Origin: Alphaproteobacteria bacterium
GTDB lineage: Bacteria; Pseudomonadota; Alphaproteobacteria; TMED109
DNA: 64,000 nucleotides
Assembly: GCA_022825705.1 (NCBI GenBank)
Contig: JAJDWH010000001.1
Span: 57,418 to 121,417 of the forward strand
Direction: 5' to 3'
Under the pieces are notes generated by a model. It searched no databases. It was not told the DNA's origin and worked only from the letters and a program-made list of their open reading frames with translations. The first letter of the stretch is position 1, and each line of letters starts with the position of its first letter. The translations under genes were made by a program, and so were the position numbers. Positions 9,700 through 20,299 of this stretch are shown piece by piece.

Positions 9700-11595
9700 A
9701 TGCTGCAGGCGCTGCGCCGCCACGCCGGGTCTTGGGTCGCGAAGGGGTTCCTGCTGTTGCTGGCGGCGAGCTTCGGGCTATGGGGAGTCGGCGACATCTT
9801 CAGTGGCTACCAGGACCCCGTCGTTGCCGAAGTCGGCGACCGGGACATTCACGCATCGACTTTTTTCAATCAGTACAACCAGCGGCTGTCTGAACTCCGA
9901 CGGTCCCTGGGCGGCAATGTCGACGAGGACTTGATCCGACAGCTCGGGTTGCCGGAGCAAGTCCTGAACGACATGGCAAGGCGCCTGCTCATCCAGGTGG
10001 AGGTGGCGGAACGCGGGCTGACCGCCGGTCAGAACGATCTCGGCAGTTGGCTGCAAGATCAGGCGATGTTTCGAAACAGTCTCGGCCAGTTCGATCGCAA
10101 CCTGTTCACCTACGCCGCGCGCGCCCAGGGCCTCCAGCAGGAAGAGTTTCTCGCCCTGCTCGGAGAAATGCGGACCAGTGAGCTGCTGCTCGATGCCGTG
10201 TCGTTCGGCGCCCATCCGCCGGACCGCTGGCTGAAGACCTTCCACGCGCTGGACAGGGAGAGGCGCAGCGCCCGGGCGGCAGTCTTCCTGGCCGCTGACT
10301 CCGACGCGCCGGAACCCGCCACGGACGAGGCGGTGCGGGCCCGACACGACGAGCAGGCCGATCGCTATCAGACGCCGCGCCGGCGTGACCTGACGTTCGC
10401 GGTGTTGGATCCCGAGGCGCTGAAGGGTGCCGTCCGAATCACGGAGGAAGATCTGCTGGAAGCCTTCGACCAGCGCCGCGACGAGTACTTTGAAACCGAG
10501 CGGCGCCACGTCCGGCAGTACCTGGCGGACGCCAGGGAAGACGCGGAACGGGTCCTGGCGCGGGCCCGGGAGGGCATCGGGCTGGCCGCCGCAGTCGAGG
10601 AGACGCTGGGCGGCCAGGTCATCGACCTCGGTCCGGTGACGCGTGATGAGCTCGACGCCGACTATGCGGAGGCCGTGTTTTCGGCCGGCGCCGGCACACT
10701 GCACGGCCCCGCGGAGACGGCCTTCGGCTGGCGGGTCTTCGAGGTGGCCGACATCCGGGAAGCCAGAACGCCGTCGCTGGATGACATCCGCGACACCCTC
10801 ACCGATACCCTGCAGCTCGAACGGGCATTCGACTTGCTGCACGAGCGTGCCGAAGTGTTCTACGACGAGCGTGCCGGCAACGCGTCACTCGAGGAGGCCG
10901 CCAGGGCGAGCGGCGCATCGGTGCTGTCCGTTGCGGATATTGACGCTCAGAGCCGTGACAGCACAGGCTCCGCGCATCCGGACGCTCCCGGCCGGGCGCT
11001 CGTGACGCTGGGTTTCAACGTCAATGCCGATGGGACCTCGGATTTGGAAGAACTCGATGACGGTCGCATGGTTGCAGTGCGGGTCGACCGGGATGTGCCG
11101 GCTCGCGCCATGACGCTCGACGAGGCCCGCGAAGACATTCTCGAGGACCTTGCGGAGGAAGCCCGCATGGACGACGCGCACCGACGGGCCGAAGCGTACG
11201 CTGCGGCAGCATCCGGCACTGCAAGCCTGTCCACGCTGGCTACCGTACATGGCGGCGTGCTGCATACATCCGAGGCGTTCACGCGCAGCGGGGAAGGCGC
11301 GGCGGCCGATTTCCCGGACGTCGCCCGGCAGATTGCATTCGAGCTCACGACGGGGTTCACCAGCAGCGCCGAAGAATTCGGCGGCGGCTATGCCGTTGTC
11401 ACGCTCGACCAGATCATCGACGCCCCGGAGCCGACCAGTGAAGACCTGGACTCCAGCCGCGCCGCACTCGGGGCGGCACTCGGGAACGACGTCGTGTTGT
11501 CGTTCATCGCGTCGCTCTGGAGCGCCCATCAGGTGAGCATCAATCACACGGTGCTGGATCGGGTCCTCTCCGACAACACCGGCTCGTCGTTCTAA
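9700..11595 (+). CDS. Membrane-anchored periplasmic chaperone / parvulin-type PPIase, PpiD-like
   Basis: ATG 9700 gives MLQALRRHAGSWVAKGFLLLLAASFGLWGVGDIF, the N-terminal anchor typical of PpiD/SurA-N family proteins. Length is 631 aa. It lies upstream of trpE, as in many alphaproteobacteria. Confidence 0.7.
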   Translation: MLQALRRHAGSWVAKGFLLLLAASFGLWGVGDIFSGYQDPVVAEVGDRDIHASTFFNQYNQRLSELRRSLGGNVDEDLIRQLGLPEQVLNDMARRLLIQVEVAERGLTAGQNDLGSWLQDQAMFRNSLGQFDRNLFTYAARAQGLQQEEFLALLGEMRTSELLLDAVSFGAHPPDRWLKTFHALDRERRSARAAVFLAADSDAPEPATDEAVRARHDEQADRYQTPRRRDLTFAVLDPEALKGAVRITEEDLLEAFDQRRDEYFETERRHVRQYLADAREDAERVLARAREGIGLAAAVEETLGGQVIDLGPVTRDELDADYAEAVFSAGAGTLHGPAETAFGWRVFEVADIREARTPSLDDIRDTLTDTLQLERAFDLLHERAEVFYDERAGNASLEEAARASGASVLSVADIDAQSRDSTGSAHPDAPGRALVTLGFNVNADGTSDLEELDDGRMVAVRVDRDVPARAMTLDEAREDILEDLAEEARMDDAHRRAEAYAAAASGTASLSTLATVHGGVLHTSEAFTRSGEGAAADFPDVARQIAFELTTGFTSSAEEFGGGYAVVTLDQIIDAPEPTSEDLDSSRAALGAALGNDVVLSFIASLWSAHQVSINHTVLDRVLSDNTGSSF

Positions 11596-11609
11596 GCGGG
11601 GCATAAGGC

Positions 11610-13118
11610 ATGCCGGTTCAGCCCGCGCGCGGCGCGTTCCGGCAAACGTACGACTCGGGTACGCCGCAGATCGTCTGGCGCACCCTGATCGCGGATCTGG
11701 AAACCCCCGTGTCGGCAATGCTGAAGCTGGCACGCCAGCGCCCCAACAGTTTCCTGCTCGAATCGGTCGAGGGTGGCGACACGCGCGGCCGGTACTCAAT
11801 CATCGGATTTGCCCCCGACGTGATCTGGCGGTGCAACGGGAATCGGGCCGAAATCAACCGGCGGGCGCATCTGGACCCGGACGCCTTCGAACTCGAGCCG
11901 CTGGATGCGCTTGCTTCGCTCCGCAAGCTGCTAGTCGAGTCGCGCATCGACCTCCCGGTCGACCTGCCGCCCATGGCTGCCGGGCTCGTCGGATTCATGG
12001 GCTTTGACACGGTGCGTCTCATCGAACGCCTGCCGACCGACCGCCCCGCCGCCCTCGGGCTGCCGGACAGCCTTCTGATTCGGCCTACGGTCATGGCCAT
12101 CTTCGACGCGGTGTCCGACACGGTCACGGTGGCGACACCCGTCTATCCTGACGATGCCATGGCGGCGGACACCGCGTTTACTGGAGCTGAACGACGGCTG
12201 GAAGACGCTGTTGCGGCACTGGGCACGCCGCTCGAACCTGAACCCGAGCCGGCCACCGACCAGCTCTCGGCGCCCTCCCCCGTCTCGAACATGACGCCGG
12301 ACCATTACCGGGCCCTGGTGACGCGGGCACGCGAGTACATCCTCGACGGCGACATTTTTCAGGTGGTCCTCGCCCAGCGGTTCGCCGCTTCATTCCGGCT
12401 GCCACCATTTGCGCTCTACCGCGCCTTGCGCCGCCTCAATCCATCTCCGTTCCTGTTCTACCTGAACCTGGACGGCGTCGCGGTCGTCGGATCCAGTCCG
12501 GAAATCCTGGTGCGCGCACGTGACGGGACGGTCACGGTCAGGCCCATCGCCGGGACCCGTCCCCGAGGGGCCGACCGGGCTCGTGACCTGGCCTATGAAC
12601 ACGAGCTCCTCGCTGATCCAAAGGAGTGTGCCGAGCACCTCATGCTGCTGGACCTCGGCCGCAATGACGTGGGCCGGGTGAGTGTGCCCGGCACCGTCCG
12701 CGTGACCGAGCAAATGATCGTCGAACGGTACAGCCACGTGATGCACATCGTTTCCAACGTCGAAGGCGATCTCGACCCCAGGCACGACGGCATCGACGCC
12801 CTGATGGCGGGATTTCCGGCCGGCACGGTCAGCGGTGCGCCAAAGGTGCGTGCGCTGGAGATCATCGACGAATTGGAATCGGAACGCCGCGGCATCTATG
12901 CCGGTTGCGTCGGCTACTTCTCCGTCAACGGATCCATGGATTCCTGTATCGCGCTCCGTACGGCAGTGGTGAAGGACGGCACAATGTACGTTCAGGCCGG
13001 GGCAGGGATCGTGGCGGACAGTGATCCCGAGGCCGAGTACCAAGAGACGGTCAACAAGGCACGCGCGCTGTTTCAGGCCGCCGAAGAGGCCGTGCGGTTC
13101 GCCGGCGGCCAGGGCTAG
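11610..13118 (+). CDS. trpE: Anthranilate synthase component I
   Basis: 502 aa with LLESVEGG and the chorismate-binding C-terminal domain ([16 protein letters not shown]). Confidence 0.93.
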   Translation: MPVQPARGAFRQTYDSGTPQIVWRTLIADLETPVSAMLKLARQRPNSFLLESVEGGDTRGRYSIIGFAPDVIWRCNGNRAEINRRAHLDPDAFELEPLDALASLRKLLVESRIDLPVDLPPMAAGLVGFMGFDTVRLIERLPTDRPAALGLPDSLLIRPTVMAIFDAVSDTVTVATPVYPDDAMAADTAFTGAERRLEDAVAALGTPLEPEPEPATDQLSAPSPVSNMTPDHYRALVTRAREYILDGDIFQVVLAQRFAASFRLPPFALYRALRRLNPSPFLFYLNLDGVAVVGSSPEILVRARDGTVTVRPIAGTRPRGADRARDLAYEHELLADPKECAEHLMLLDLGRNDVGRVSVPGTVRVTEQMIVERYSHVMHIVSNVEGDLDPRHDGIDALMAGFPAGTVSGAPKVRALEIIDELESERRGIYAGCVGYFSVNGSMDSCIALRTAVVKDGTMYVQAGAGIVADSDPEAEYQETVNKARALFQAAEEAVRFAGGQG

Positions 13119-13146
13119 GCCCGGCGACCGCCGCCGGAAGTCATCG

Positions 13147-13731
13147 ATGTATGTCCTGATCGACAACTACGACAGCTTCACCTGGAACCTCTGGCACTAT
13201 CTGGAAGAGCTAGGGGCGTCGGTCGAGGTCCATCGGAACGATACCTTGACGGTCGACGACGTACTCGCCCGCAAGCCGGCCGGAATCGTGCTTTCGCCGG
13301 GGCCGTGCACCCCCAACCAGGCGGGTATCTGTCTCGAGCTGGTGCGCGCGGCCGCCGGCCAAACGCCGGTTCTCGGAGTCTGTCTGGGCCATCAGTCGAT
13401 CGGACAGGCTTTTGGCGGTCGGGTGGTTCGTGCCCGAACGGTGATGCACGGCAAGACCAGTCCGATCCAGCACGACGGCAGTGCCATCTTTCGCGGCCTC
13501 CCCTCCCCGTTCACGGCCGCGCGGTACCATTCGCTGATTCTGGAACGGGGCTCCATGCCCGATTGTCTGCGGATCACGGCGGAAACCGGCGATGGCGTCA
13601 TCATGGGGATCCAGCATGTCCGGCACGCCCTGTTCGGTGTCCAGTTTCATCCGGAGAGCATCGCGTCCGAGCAGGGGCACGCGTTGCTGAGGAATTTTCT
13701 CGATGCCACACGGACGGAGCGTTCAGTGTGA
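13147..13731 (+). CDS. trpG: Anthranilate synthase component II (glutamine amidotransferase)
   Basis: Internal ATG 13147 gives [22 protein letters not shown] and FGVQFHPES motifs are present. Confidence 0.9.
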   Translation: MYVLIDNYDSFTWNLWHYLEELGASVEVHRNDTLTVDDVLARKPAGIVLSPGPCTPNQAGICLELVRAAAGQTPVLGVCLGHQSIGQAFGGRVVRARTVMHGKTSPIQHDGSAIFRGLPSPFTAARYHSLILERGSMPDCLRITAETGDGVIMGIQHVRHALFGVQFHPESIASEQGHALLRNFLDATRTERSV

Positions 13732-14756
13732 GTGAGGGGCCCCCGTTTCGCGACATCCTCGCGGCGGTCGCGGACGGCCAGATCCTCACCCGAAACCAGG
13801 CCCAACACGCGTTCTCGCTCCTGATGGAGGGGCAGGCCAGCCAGGCCCAGACCGCCGCGTTCCTGATGGCCTTGCGCGTTCGAACGGAGCAGGTCGAGGA
13901 GATCGCCGGTGCCGCGCAGGCCATGCGCGCGAAGGCCACGCGCGCCCGCGCTCCGGCAGGAGCAATCGATACCTGTGGTACGGGTGGCGACGGGCTGGGC
14001 ACCGTGAACGTCTCGACGGCAACCGCCCTGGTGGTCGCGGGATGCGGCGTGCCGGTCGCCAAGCACGGCAATCGGGCCGTCTCCTCCAAGTCCGGATCCT
14101 CGGATGTACTGGATGCGCTGGGGGTCAATGTCGCCGCTCCCGTCGATGCCGTGGAGCAAGCCATGCGGGTGGCCGGCGTCGGATTTCTCCTAGCCACGGT
14201 CTACCATCCGGCCATGCGGCACGTTGGACCAGTCCGGGCCGACCTCGGTCTGCGCACCGTCTTCAACCTGCTCGGGCCGCTCGCCAATCCCGCGGGCGTG
14301 CGCCGGCAGGTCATCGGCGTGTTTGCCGACCGATGGCTGGAGCCGCTCGCCAGGGTGCTTCATGAGCTGGAATCGGAGCATGCATGGATCGTCCACGGCG
14401 CCGATGGCATGGATGAACTCACCACCACCGGCGCAACCCATGTGGCCGAGCTAAAGGGGGGAAAGGTCCGCACGTTTACGGTGACCCCCGAGGATGCCGG
14501 CCTTTCGCGCGCCGCCCCTGCCGAGCTGGTCGGCGGAGACGCCGCCGCCAACGCCGCGTCCATTCGGAATTTGCTCGATGGACAGCGTGGTCCGTATCGC
14601 GACATCGTCGTACTCAACGCCGCTGCTGCCCTGATCGTGGCGCAGCGGGCCGACGACCTGGAAGAAGGGGCTTCGCAGGCCGCCCGTTCGATCGACACCG
14701 GCGCCGCCGGCACGGCACTGGATCGGTTGGTCGAATGTACGCAGGCACAGCAATGA
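13728..14756 (+). CDS. trpD: Anthranilate phosphoribosyltransferase
   Basis: GTG 13728 forms a GTGA overlap with the trpG stop. DTCGTGGDG and KHGNRA motifs are present. The track start at 13305 lies inside trpG and was rejected. Confidence 0.88.
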   Translation: MSEGPPFRDILAAVADGQILTRNQAQHAFSLLMEGQASQAQTAAFLMALRVRTEQVEEIAGAAQAMRAKATRARAPAGAIDTCGTGGDGLGTVNVSTATALVVAGCGVPVAKHGNRAVSSKSGSSDVLDALGVNVAAPVDAVEQAMRVAGVGFLLATVYHPAMRHVGPVRADLGLRTVFNLLGPLANPAGVRRQVIGVFADRWLEPLARVLHELESEHAWIVHGADGMDELTTTGATHVAELKGGKVRTFTVTPEDAGLSRAAPAELVGGDAAANAASIRNLLDGQRGPYRDIVVLNAAAALIVAQRADDLEEGASQAARSIDTGAAGTALDRLVECTQAQQ

Positions 14757-15559
14757 ACGACCGACTCCGTTCGATCCTCGAGGCCAAGCGCGAGCGCGTG
14801 GCGGCACAACGCCAAGCGGTGCCGGAGATCGAACTGGAGCGACGGGCGGCCGCGCAAGAGCCCCCGCGCGGATTTGCGTCCGCGCTGCGGCGGTCGATCG
14901 CCGGCGGCGCCTATGGCCTGATCGCAGAAATCAAGCGGGCCAGCCCCTCCAAGGGACGCTTGCGGGACGATTTCGATCCGGCAGCGCTGGCCGGCGCTTT
15001 GCACGACGGGGGAGCAGCCTGTATCTCGGTATTGACGGATGAACCGTTCTTTGAGGGCTCGGACGCGCATCTCATGGCTGCGCGCGCCACCGCGCCCGTC
15101 CCGGTGCTCCGCAAGGACTTCATGCTCGACGCGTATCAAATCCTCGAATCCCGCGCGCTCGGAGCCGACTGCGTGCTGCTGATTCTTGCCGCGCTCGATG
15201 ACTCAGAGGCGTCGATATTGGCGCGCGACGCAAAGGCGCTCGGGATGGACGTCCTGGTCGAGGTGCACGACGAGCGCGAGCTCGAACGCGCCGGTGCACT
15301 GGGGGTGAACCTGATCGGAATCAATAACCGGAACCTACGTACGTTCGAGGTTGATCTGGCGACAACGGAACGGCTGGCGGCCCTGGCGCCGACTGCAGCC
15401 GACCTGGTGGCGGAGAGCGGCCTTGGCGGGCCGGATGATCTTCACCGCTTGGCCAATTGTGGTGTGCGGCGCTTCCTGATAGGCGAGACCCTGATGCGCA
15501 GTCCGGACGTCACGGAAGGCGTCCGCACCCTGCTGGCGCGCACGGCGGACGCGGCATGA
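14753..15559 (+). CDS. trpC: Indole-3-glycerol phosphate synthase
   Basis: ATG 14753 forms an ATGA overlap with the trpD stop. [12 protein letters not shown] and INNRNLRTF motifs are present. Confidence 0.9.
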   Translation: MNDRLRSILEAKRERVAAQRQAVPEIELERRAAAQEPPRGFASALRRSIAGGAYGLIAEIKRASPSKGRLRDDFDPAALAGALHDGGAACISVLTDEPFFEGSDAHLMAARATAPVPVLRKDFMLDAYQILESRALGADCVLLILAALDDSEASILARDAKALGMDVLVEVHDERELERAGALGVNLIGINNRNLRTFEVDLATTERLAALAPTAADLVAESGLGGPDDLHRLANCGVRRFLIGETLMRSPDVTEGVRTLLARTADAA

Positions 15560-16035
15560 ACGAACGGTTTACCCATCTCGACGAGTCAGGCCGCGCCCGC
15601 ATGGTGGACGTGGGCGAGAAGGCGGTCACCCGCCGGACGGCCACGGCGGCCGCACGCGTCACGATGGCGCCGAAGACGCTGCAGATGATCCTGGACGGCG
15701 GCCACCAGAAAGGCGATGTCCTGGGCGTCGCGCGGGTCGCCGGGATCATGGCGGCCAAGCGCACCCACGAACTGATCCCCCTGTGCCACCCATTACCGCT
15801 GGACTCCGTTGCGGTGGAACTGACCTGCCAACCCGGGGAGCAGGCAGTGGAGATCCGGGCAACGTGCGCCACCTCCGGCAAGACTGGCGTGGAGATGGAG
15901 GCACTCACGGCGGCCAGCGTGGCCGCCCTCACCGTGTACGACATGTGCAAGTCGGTGGATCGCGCGATGCGAGTTGACGTCGTCCGGTTGCTCCACAAGG
16001 CCGGGGGCAAGTCGGGAACGTTCCGCGCGTCATGA
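15556..16035 (+). CDS. moaC: Cyclic pyranopterin monophosphate synthase accessory protein MoaC
   Basis: ATG 15556 forms an ATGA overlap with the trpC stop. The sequence [17 protein letters not shown]...LIPLCHPL is typical MoaC. Confidence 0.92.
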   Translation: MNERFTHLDESGRARMVDVGEKAVTRRTATAAARVTMAPKTLQMILDGGHQKGDVLGVARVAGIMAAKRTHELIPLCHPLPLDSVAVELTCQPGEQAVEIRATCATSGKTGVEMEALTAASVAALTVYDMCKSVDRAMRVDVVRLLHKAGGKSGTFRAS

Positions 16036-17249
16036 TTTCGGTCACGGACGCCCGGCAACGGATTCTTGAAGCCATGCCGCTGGTGGCCACCGAGCGGGTT
16101 CCGTTGACGAATGCGCTGGGGCGAGTGCTCGCCACCGATGTGACGGCGCGCACCGATCAGCCGCCGTCAGCGGTTTCCGCGATGGACGGCTACGCCGTGC
16201 GCTCGGCAGACGTGCAGGCGACTCCTTGCGACCTGGCCGTCATTGGTGAGGCGCCTGCCGGACGCCCGTTCGACGGATCGGTCGGAACCGGCGAAACGGT
16301 ACGTATTTTCACCGGCGCCCCGCTTCCCGACGGAACCGACAGCGTCGTCATCCAGGAAAACACGGAACCTGTGCAGAGCGGTGAAGTCCGTGTCCTGAAC
16401 GGAGTCGCGTGCGGAAAACACGTCCGCGGTCGGGGCATCGATTTCCGGGAGGGCGATCCGCTGGTGACCGCAGGGAGCCTGCTCACGGCCCGCGATGTCG
16501 GTCTGTCAGCTGCCGCCGACTGGCCCTGGCTGAGTGTCCGGCGCCGCCCGCGGATCGCCCTCCTTGCCACGGGTGACGAAATCGTCCTGCCGGGCGAGGC
16601 ACGCAGACCGGGACAGATCGTCTCGTCGAATACGTTCGCGCTGGAATCCATGATACGGGCCGTTGGTGGTGATGCGGTCGATCTGTCGCTTGTTCCCGAC
16701 GACCTGGCGGCGCTTCGCGCGGCCATCGATGGGGTGCGTTCGTTCGACCTACTGGTGACGACCGGCGGCGTGTCGGTTGGCGCTTACGACTTGGTCGGCC
16801 AGGTTCTCCAATCGGCCGGCCTGAATCGACATTTCTGGAAGATCGCCATGCGTCCCGGTAAGCCCCTCCTGTTCGGGACGCTTCCGGAAGGTCCACCCGT
16901 CCTGGGATTTCCCGGCAATCCGGTATCCACCTACGTGTGCGGCCTCGTGTTTCTTCTGCCGGCGTTGCGGACGATGCTGGGGCTCGATCCGAGCCCGCGG
17001 CTAGTGCAGGCGGAGCTAGGCCGTGATCTGCCCGCGAACGACGTGCGGGAAGACTATCTCCGGGCGTCCATCAAACGGGATGATACCGGCTCGATCACGG
17101 TCCATCCCTTCGAACTCCAGGACAGTTCCGTGCTTTCGCTGCTGGCCCGAGCCGACTGCTTGGTCATTCGTCCCCCGCACGCTCCCGCGGCCCCCGCCGG
17201 AACGCATGTCACTGTGCTTCCTTTCCCGGCTGCTGCCGGCAGCACGTGA
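16032..17249 (+). CDS. moeA: Molybdopterin molybdotransferase MoeA
   Basis: 405 aa with a start overlapping the moaC stop by 4 nt. The [13 protein letters not shown]-terminus, SAMDGYAV and TTGGVSVG motifs are present. Confidence 0.9.
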   Translation: MISVTDARQRILEAMPLVATERVPLTNALGRVLATDVTARTDQPPSAVSAMDGYAVRSADVQATPCDLAVIGEAPAGRPFDGSVGTGETVRIFTGAPLPDGTDSVVIQENTEPVQSGEVRVLNGVACGKHVRGRGIDFREGDPLVTAGSLLTARDVGLSAAADWPWLSVRRRPRIALLATGDEIVLPGEARRPGQIVSSNTFALESMIRAVGGDAVDLSLVPDDLAALRAAIDGVRSFDLLVTTGGVSVGAYDLVGQVLQSAGLNRHFWKIAMRPGKPLLFGTLPEGPPVLGFPGNPVSTYVCGLVFLLPALRTMLGLDPSPRLVQAELGRDLPANDVREDYLRASIKRDDTGSITVHPFELQDSSVLSLLARADCLVIRPPHAPAAPAGTHVTVLPFPAAAGST

Positions 17250-17301
17250 TCGCCGCACAATTGACCCGGGTGATCGCGAGAGAGGACGCAAAGTGCTCAC
17301 A

Positions 17302-17330
17302 TTGACTTCTTGTTGCGAACAAAGTAGAAC
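17302..17330 (+). promoter_or_regulatory. Candidate lexA promoter with overlapping LexA operator
   Basis: TTGACT at 17302..17307, a 17-nt spacer, then TAGAAC at 17325..17330. Direct GAAC repeats sit at 17317..17320 and 17327..17330. The palindrome TTGTT-gcg-AACAA sits at 17310..17322. All lie 38-66 nt upstream of the lexA ATG. Confidence 0.45.
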
Positions 17331-17367
17331 ATAGAAGCATGGTACGCAGCCGCTTTGGGTTCACCGC

Positions 17368-18021
17368 ATGCTCACTCGCAAACAGCACGAACTCCTCGTC
17401 TATCTGAACAAGCGGATCGAGGAGACCGGGATCTCGCCCTCGTTCGAGGATATGAAAAATGCTCTCGGACTCAAATCAAAATCGGGGATCCACCGGCATC
17501 TGACCTCCCTCGTGGAGCGCGGATTTGTCGAGCGGTTACCCAACCGGGCACGCGCGATTCGCGTGGTCCGAAAGCCTGAAGAAGCCGCTGCGACAGTGGA
17601 CAACAGCAGTCCTGGCCAATGGGGAGCCCTGATCGATCTCCCGTTCTACGGAACAATCGCAGCCGGCACCCCGATCGAGGCTATCCAGCACGAGTCCTTC
17701 ATCAAGGTTCCGCCGACGATGAACCTGGGTACCGGAAGCGGCGAACATTTCGCGCTCAAGATCCAGGGGGACTCCATGATCGATGCCGGAATCCTGGATG
17801 GGGACATGGGGATATTTCGGCGTCAGCAGACAGCTGAATCCGGGCAGATTGTTGTCGCGTTCATCGATGGCCGTGAAGCAACGCTGAAACGGTTCCGGCC
17901 GCAGGCCGATTCCATCCAATTGCTGCCAGAGAACAAGGACCTCGAGCCGATCGTGGTGCACCCGAGTCAGCTTCAGATTCAGGGCATCATGAAAGGGCTG
18001 TATCGCACTACCATCTATTGA
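17368..18021 (+). CDS. lexA: SOS repressor LexA
   Basis: 217 aa with an N-terminal winged-helix domain (LTRKQHELLVYL). The C-terminal S24 peptidase domain carries GDSM and a later Lys region. Confidence 0.93.
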   Translation: MLTRKQHELLVYLNKRIEETGISPSFEDMKNALGLKSKSGIHRHLTSLVERGFVERLPNRARAIRVVRKPEEAAATVDNSSPGQWGALIDLPFYGTIAAGTPIEAIQHESFIKVPPTMNLGTGSGEHFALKIQGDSMIDAGILDGDMGIFRRQQTAESGQIVVAFIDGREATLKRFRPQADSIQLLPENKDLEPIVVHPSQLQIQGIMKGLYRTTIY

Positions 18022-18027
18022 GGCGTT

Positions 18028-18048
18028 GCCTCCCGCTTGACGGGAGGC
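18028..18048 (+). terminator. GC-rich hairpin just after the lexA stop (no U-tract)
   Basis: gCCTCCCG-cttga-CGGGAGGc forms an 8-bp stem starting 7 nt after the TGA. No T-run follows, so its terminator function is uncertain. Confidence 0.3.
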
Positions 18049-18128
18049 GCCAACCGCGTGCCGACAGCCGGCGATGACCGCCGGCCAATTTACGTGCGTC
18101 ACCCGTCGTCCGTTCCGAGGCCTTGACC

Positions 18129-19526
18129 ATGACCGTCGTGACCCGTTTTGCCCCGTCGCCGACCGGGTTCCTGCACATCGGTGGCGCGCGGACGGCGCTG
18201 TTCAACTGGCTGTACGCCCGGGGTCGAAAGGGCAAGTTTCTCCTCCGGGTCGAAGACACTGACCGGGTCCGGTCGACTCCCGAGGCAACGCAGGCGATTC
18301 TCGATGGGCTCTCCTGGCTGGAACTCGATTGGGACGGCGAGGCCGTCTTCCAGTCAAAGCGGTCTGATCGCCATCGTGAGGTCGCCGAGACGCTCCTCCG
18401 CAACGGCGATGCCTATCGCTGCTACTGCACTCCGGAAGAACTTGCTGCCATGCGTGAGCAGGCTACCGCCGAAAAGCGTTCGATGTGGTACGACGGCCGA
18501 TGGCGCGACCGTGATCCCGCCGATGCGCCTCCTGAGATCGAGCCCACGATTCGCATCCGGACGCCCACGGCCGGGAGCACTTCCGTCGCGGATAGCGTCC
18601 AGGGCGGCGTGACCGTCGAGAACAAGGAAATCGACGACTTCGTGATTCTGCGCGCCGATGGCACGCCGACCTACATGCTGTCGGTGGTGGTCGACGACTA
18701 TGACATGGGAGTCACGCACGTCATCCGAGGTGACGATCACTTCACCAACTGCTTTCGTCAGTGCCAGATCTACGACCTGCTCGGCTGGCCGCGGCCCGCC
18801 TTCGCCCACATCCCACTGATTCACGGCGATGACGGCAGGAAGCTCAGCAAACGGCATGGTGCGCTCGGAATCGAACACTACCAACAGGCCGGATACCTCC
18901 CCGCAGCGCTCAGGAACTACCTCTTGCGGTTAGGGTGGGCCCACGGCGATGAAGAGATCATCGCCGCGTCGGACGCGATCCAATGGTTTGACCTTGAGGG
19001 TGTCGGGCAAAGCCCTGCCCGATTCGACCTCAACAAACTCGATCATCTAAACGCCGTTTATCTTCGTGAAACCGCCGATGCCGACTTGGCGGCAATCGTC
19101 GCGGCACGCCTAGCCGCGGACGGCGTGCCGGCCGACCCGGAGCACATCGGGCGCCTGACCCGCGGCATGCCCGACCTGAAGGCACGCGCCCGCACCCTCA
19201 ACGAGCTGGCCACGGTTGGCCGATTCTACGTGCTCCCCCGCCCCCTTGCGCTCGACTCGAAAGCTGAACGCCAGCTTGATCCGACCGCGCGAGCGCTCCT
19301 GCGGGACGTGTCCGAGGTCCTCGCTGCGACTGACGACTGGTCGAACGCCGGCCTCGAGACCCGGATTCGCGAGTACGCTTCGCGTACCGATAAGAAGCTG
19401 GGCAAAGTGGCCCAGCCTCTCCGGGCGGCGCTGACGGGGGCCACGACTTCCCCGCCCATCTTCTCGGTTATGGACGTCCTGGGTCGCGCCGAGACGCTGG
19501 GCCGGATCGGCGACGTCGTCGACTGA
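18129..19526 (+). CDS. gltX: Glutamate--tRNA ligase
   Basis: HIGG (FLHIGGART) and KLSKRH motifs. ATG 18129 is preferred to the TTG at 18123 used by the track. Confidence 0.93.
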   Translation: MTVVTRFAPSPTGFLHIGGARTALFNWLYARGRKGKFLLRVEDTDRVRSTPEATQAILDGLSWLELDWDGEAVFQSKRSDRHREVAETLLRNGDAYRCYCTPEELAAMREQATAEKRSMWYDGRWRDRDPADAPPEIEPTIRIRTPTAGSTSVADSVQGGVTVENKEIDDFVILRADGTPTYMLSVVVDDYDMGVTHVIRGDDHFTNCFRQCQIYDLLGWPRPAFAHIPLIHGDDGRKLSKRHGALGIEHYQQAGYLPAALRNYLLRLGWAHGDEEIIAASDAIQWFDLEGVGQSPARFDLNKLDHLNAVYLRETADADLAAIVAARLAADGVPADPEHIGRLTRGMPDLKARARTLNELATVGRFYVLPRPLALDSKAERQLDPTARALLRDVSEVLAATDDWSNAGLETRIREYASRTDKKLGKVAQPLRAALTGATTSPPIFSVMDVLGRAETLGRIGDVVD

Positions 19527-19537
19527 AGCGCGTCGGC

Positions 19538-20299
19538 TCAGATACAACGCCCGCCGTCCACCTCCAGCATCACCCCGGTCAGGAACTCGGCCTCGTCCGA
19601 AGCGAGGAACAGCGCCGCGTTCGCCACATCTGTCGGTGTCGAGAGCCGTCCTATCGGCACCGTGGCGCGGAACCGCGCCCGGGCCTCGTCGGGGTCTCCG
19701 TCGCCGAGGAAATCCGGCAGCATCGCGGTCTCTCCGGCGACTGGACAGATCCCGTTCACCCGAATGTTCTCGGGTGCGAGTTCAAGCGCCAGCGTGCGGC
19801 TCAGCGTCAGCAGGGCCCCCTTCGTCGAATTGTACGGGGCGAGCCCCGGCCGTGGCGCCAGCGCCGCCGTCGACACTGTATTCACGATCACGCCGCCACG
19901 TCCCTGCCGGCGCAGGACCGGCACCGCGTGCTTCGCGCCCAGAAAGCAACTCTTCACGTTGACTCTGAACAGCTGGTCGAAAAACTCCTCGTCCACCTCA
20001 ACGAGCGGCGTCGGCCTCATCCCGATGGCGGCGTTCTGAACCAGGATGTCAAGCTGCCCGAACGCGTCGACGGTTGCTTCGATCATGCGCCTGGTGTCAG
20101 CATCGCTGGCCACATCGGCACCGCACGCGATGGCACCACCGCCGGAACCTCGGATTGCATGGGCGACCTGCTCGGCCCCGTCGCCGTTGATGTCAGCGAC
20201 CACCACGCGCGCCCCTTCCTCCGCAAAGCGATGCGCGATGCCTTCCCCGAACCCGCTGGCACCTCCGGTGACGATCGCGACTTTGTCCTGGAGTCTCAT
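19538..20299 (-). CDS. Classical short-chain dehydrogenase/reductase
   Basis: TGGASGFG cofactor motif and a canonical YNSTK catalytic motif. 253 aa. Confidence 0.85.
   Translation of the reverse strand: MRLQDKVAIVTGGASGFGEGIAHRFAEEGARVVVADINGDGAEQVAHAIRGSGGGAIACGADVASDADTRRMIEATVDAFGQLDILVQNAAIGMRPTPLVEVDEEFFDQLFRVNVKSCFLGAKHAVPVLRRQGRGGVIVNTVSTAALAPRPGLAPYNSTKGALLTLSRTLALELAPENIRVNGICPVAGETAMLPDFLGDGDPDEARARFRATVPIGRLSTPTDVANAALFLASDEAEFLTGVMLEVDGGRCI

Noticed and set aside
9778-10842. 354-aa minus-strand ORF, plus similar long antisense ORFs (107..661, 607..1464, 12390..13166, 28186..29118, 31235..32065, 36818..37774, 45054..45938, 46883..47866, 49187..49939, 50358..51293, 54122..54931, 61917..62759)
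   Set aside because: Each lies opposite a gene with clear family motifs and translates to Arg/Gly/Pro-rich strings. These are typical shadow ORFs of a high-GC genome.
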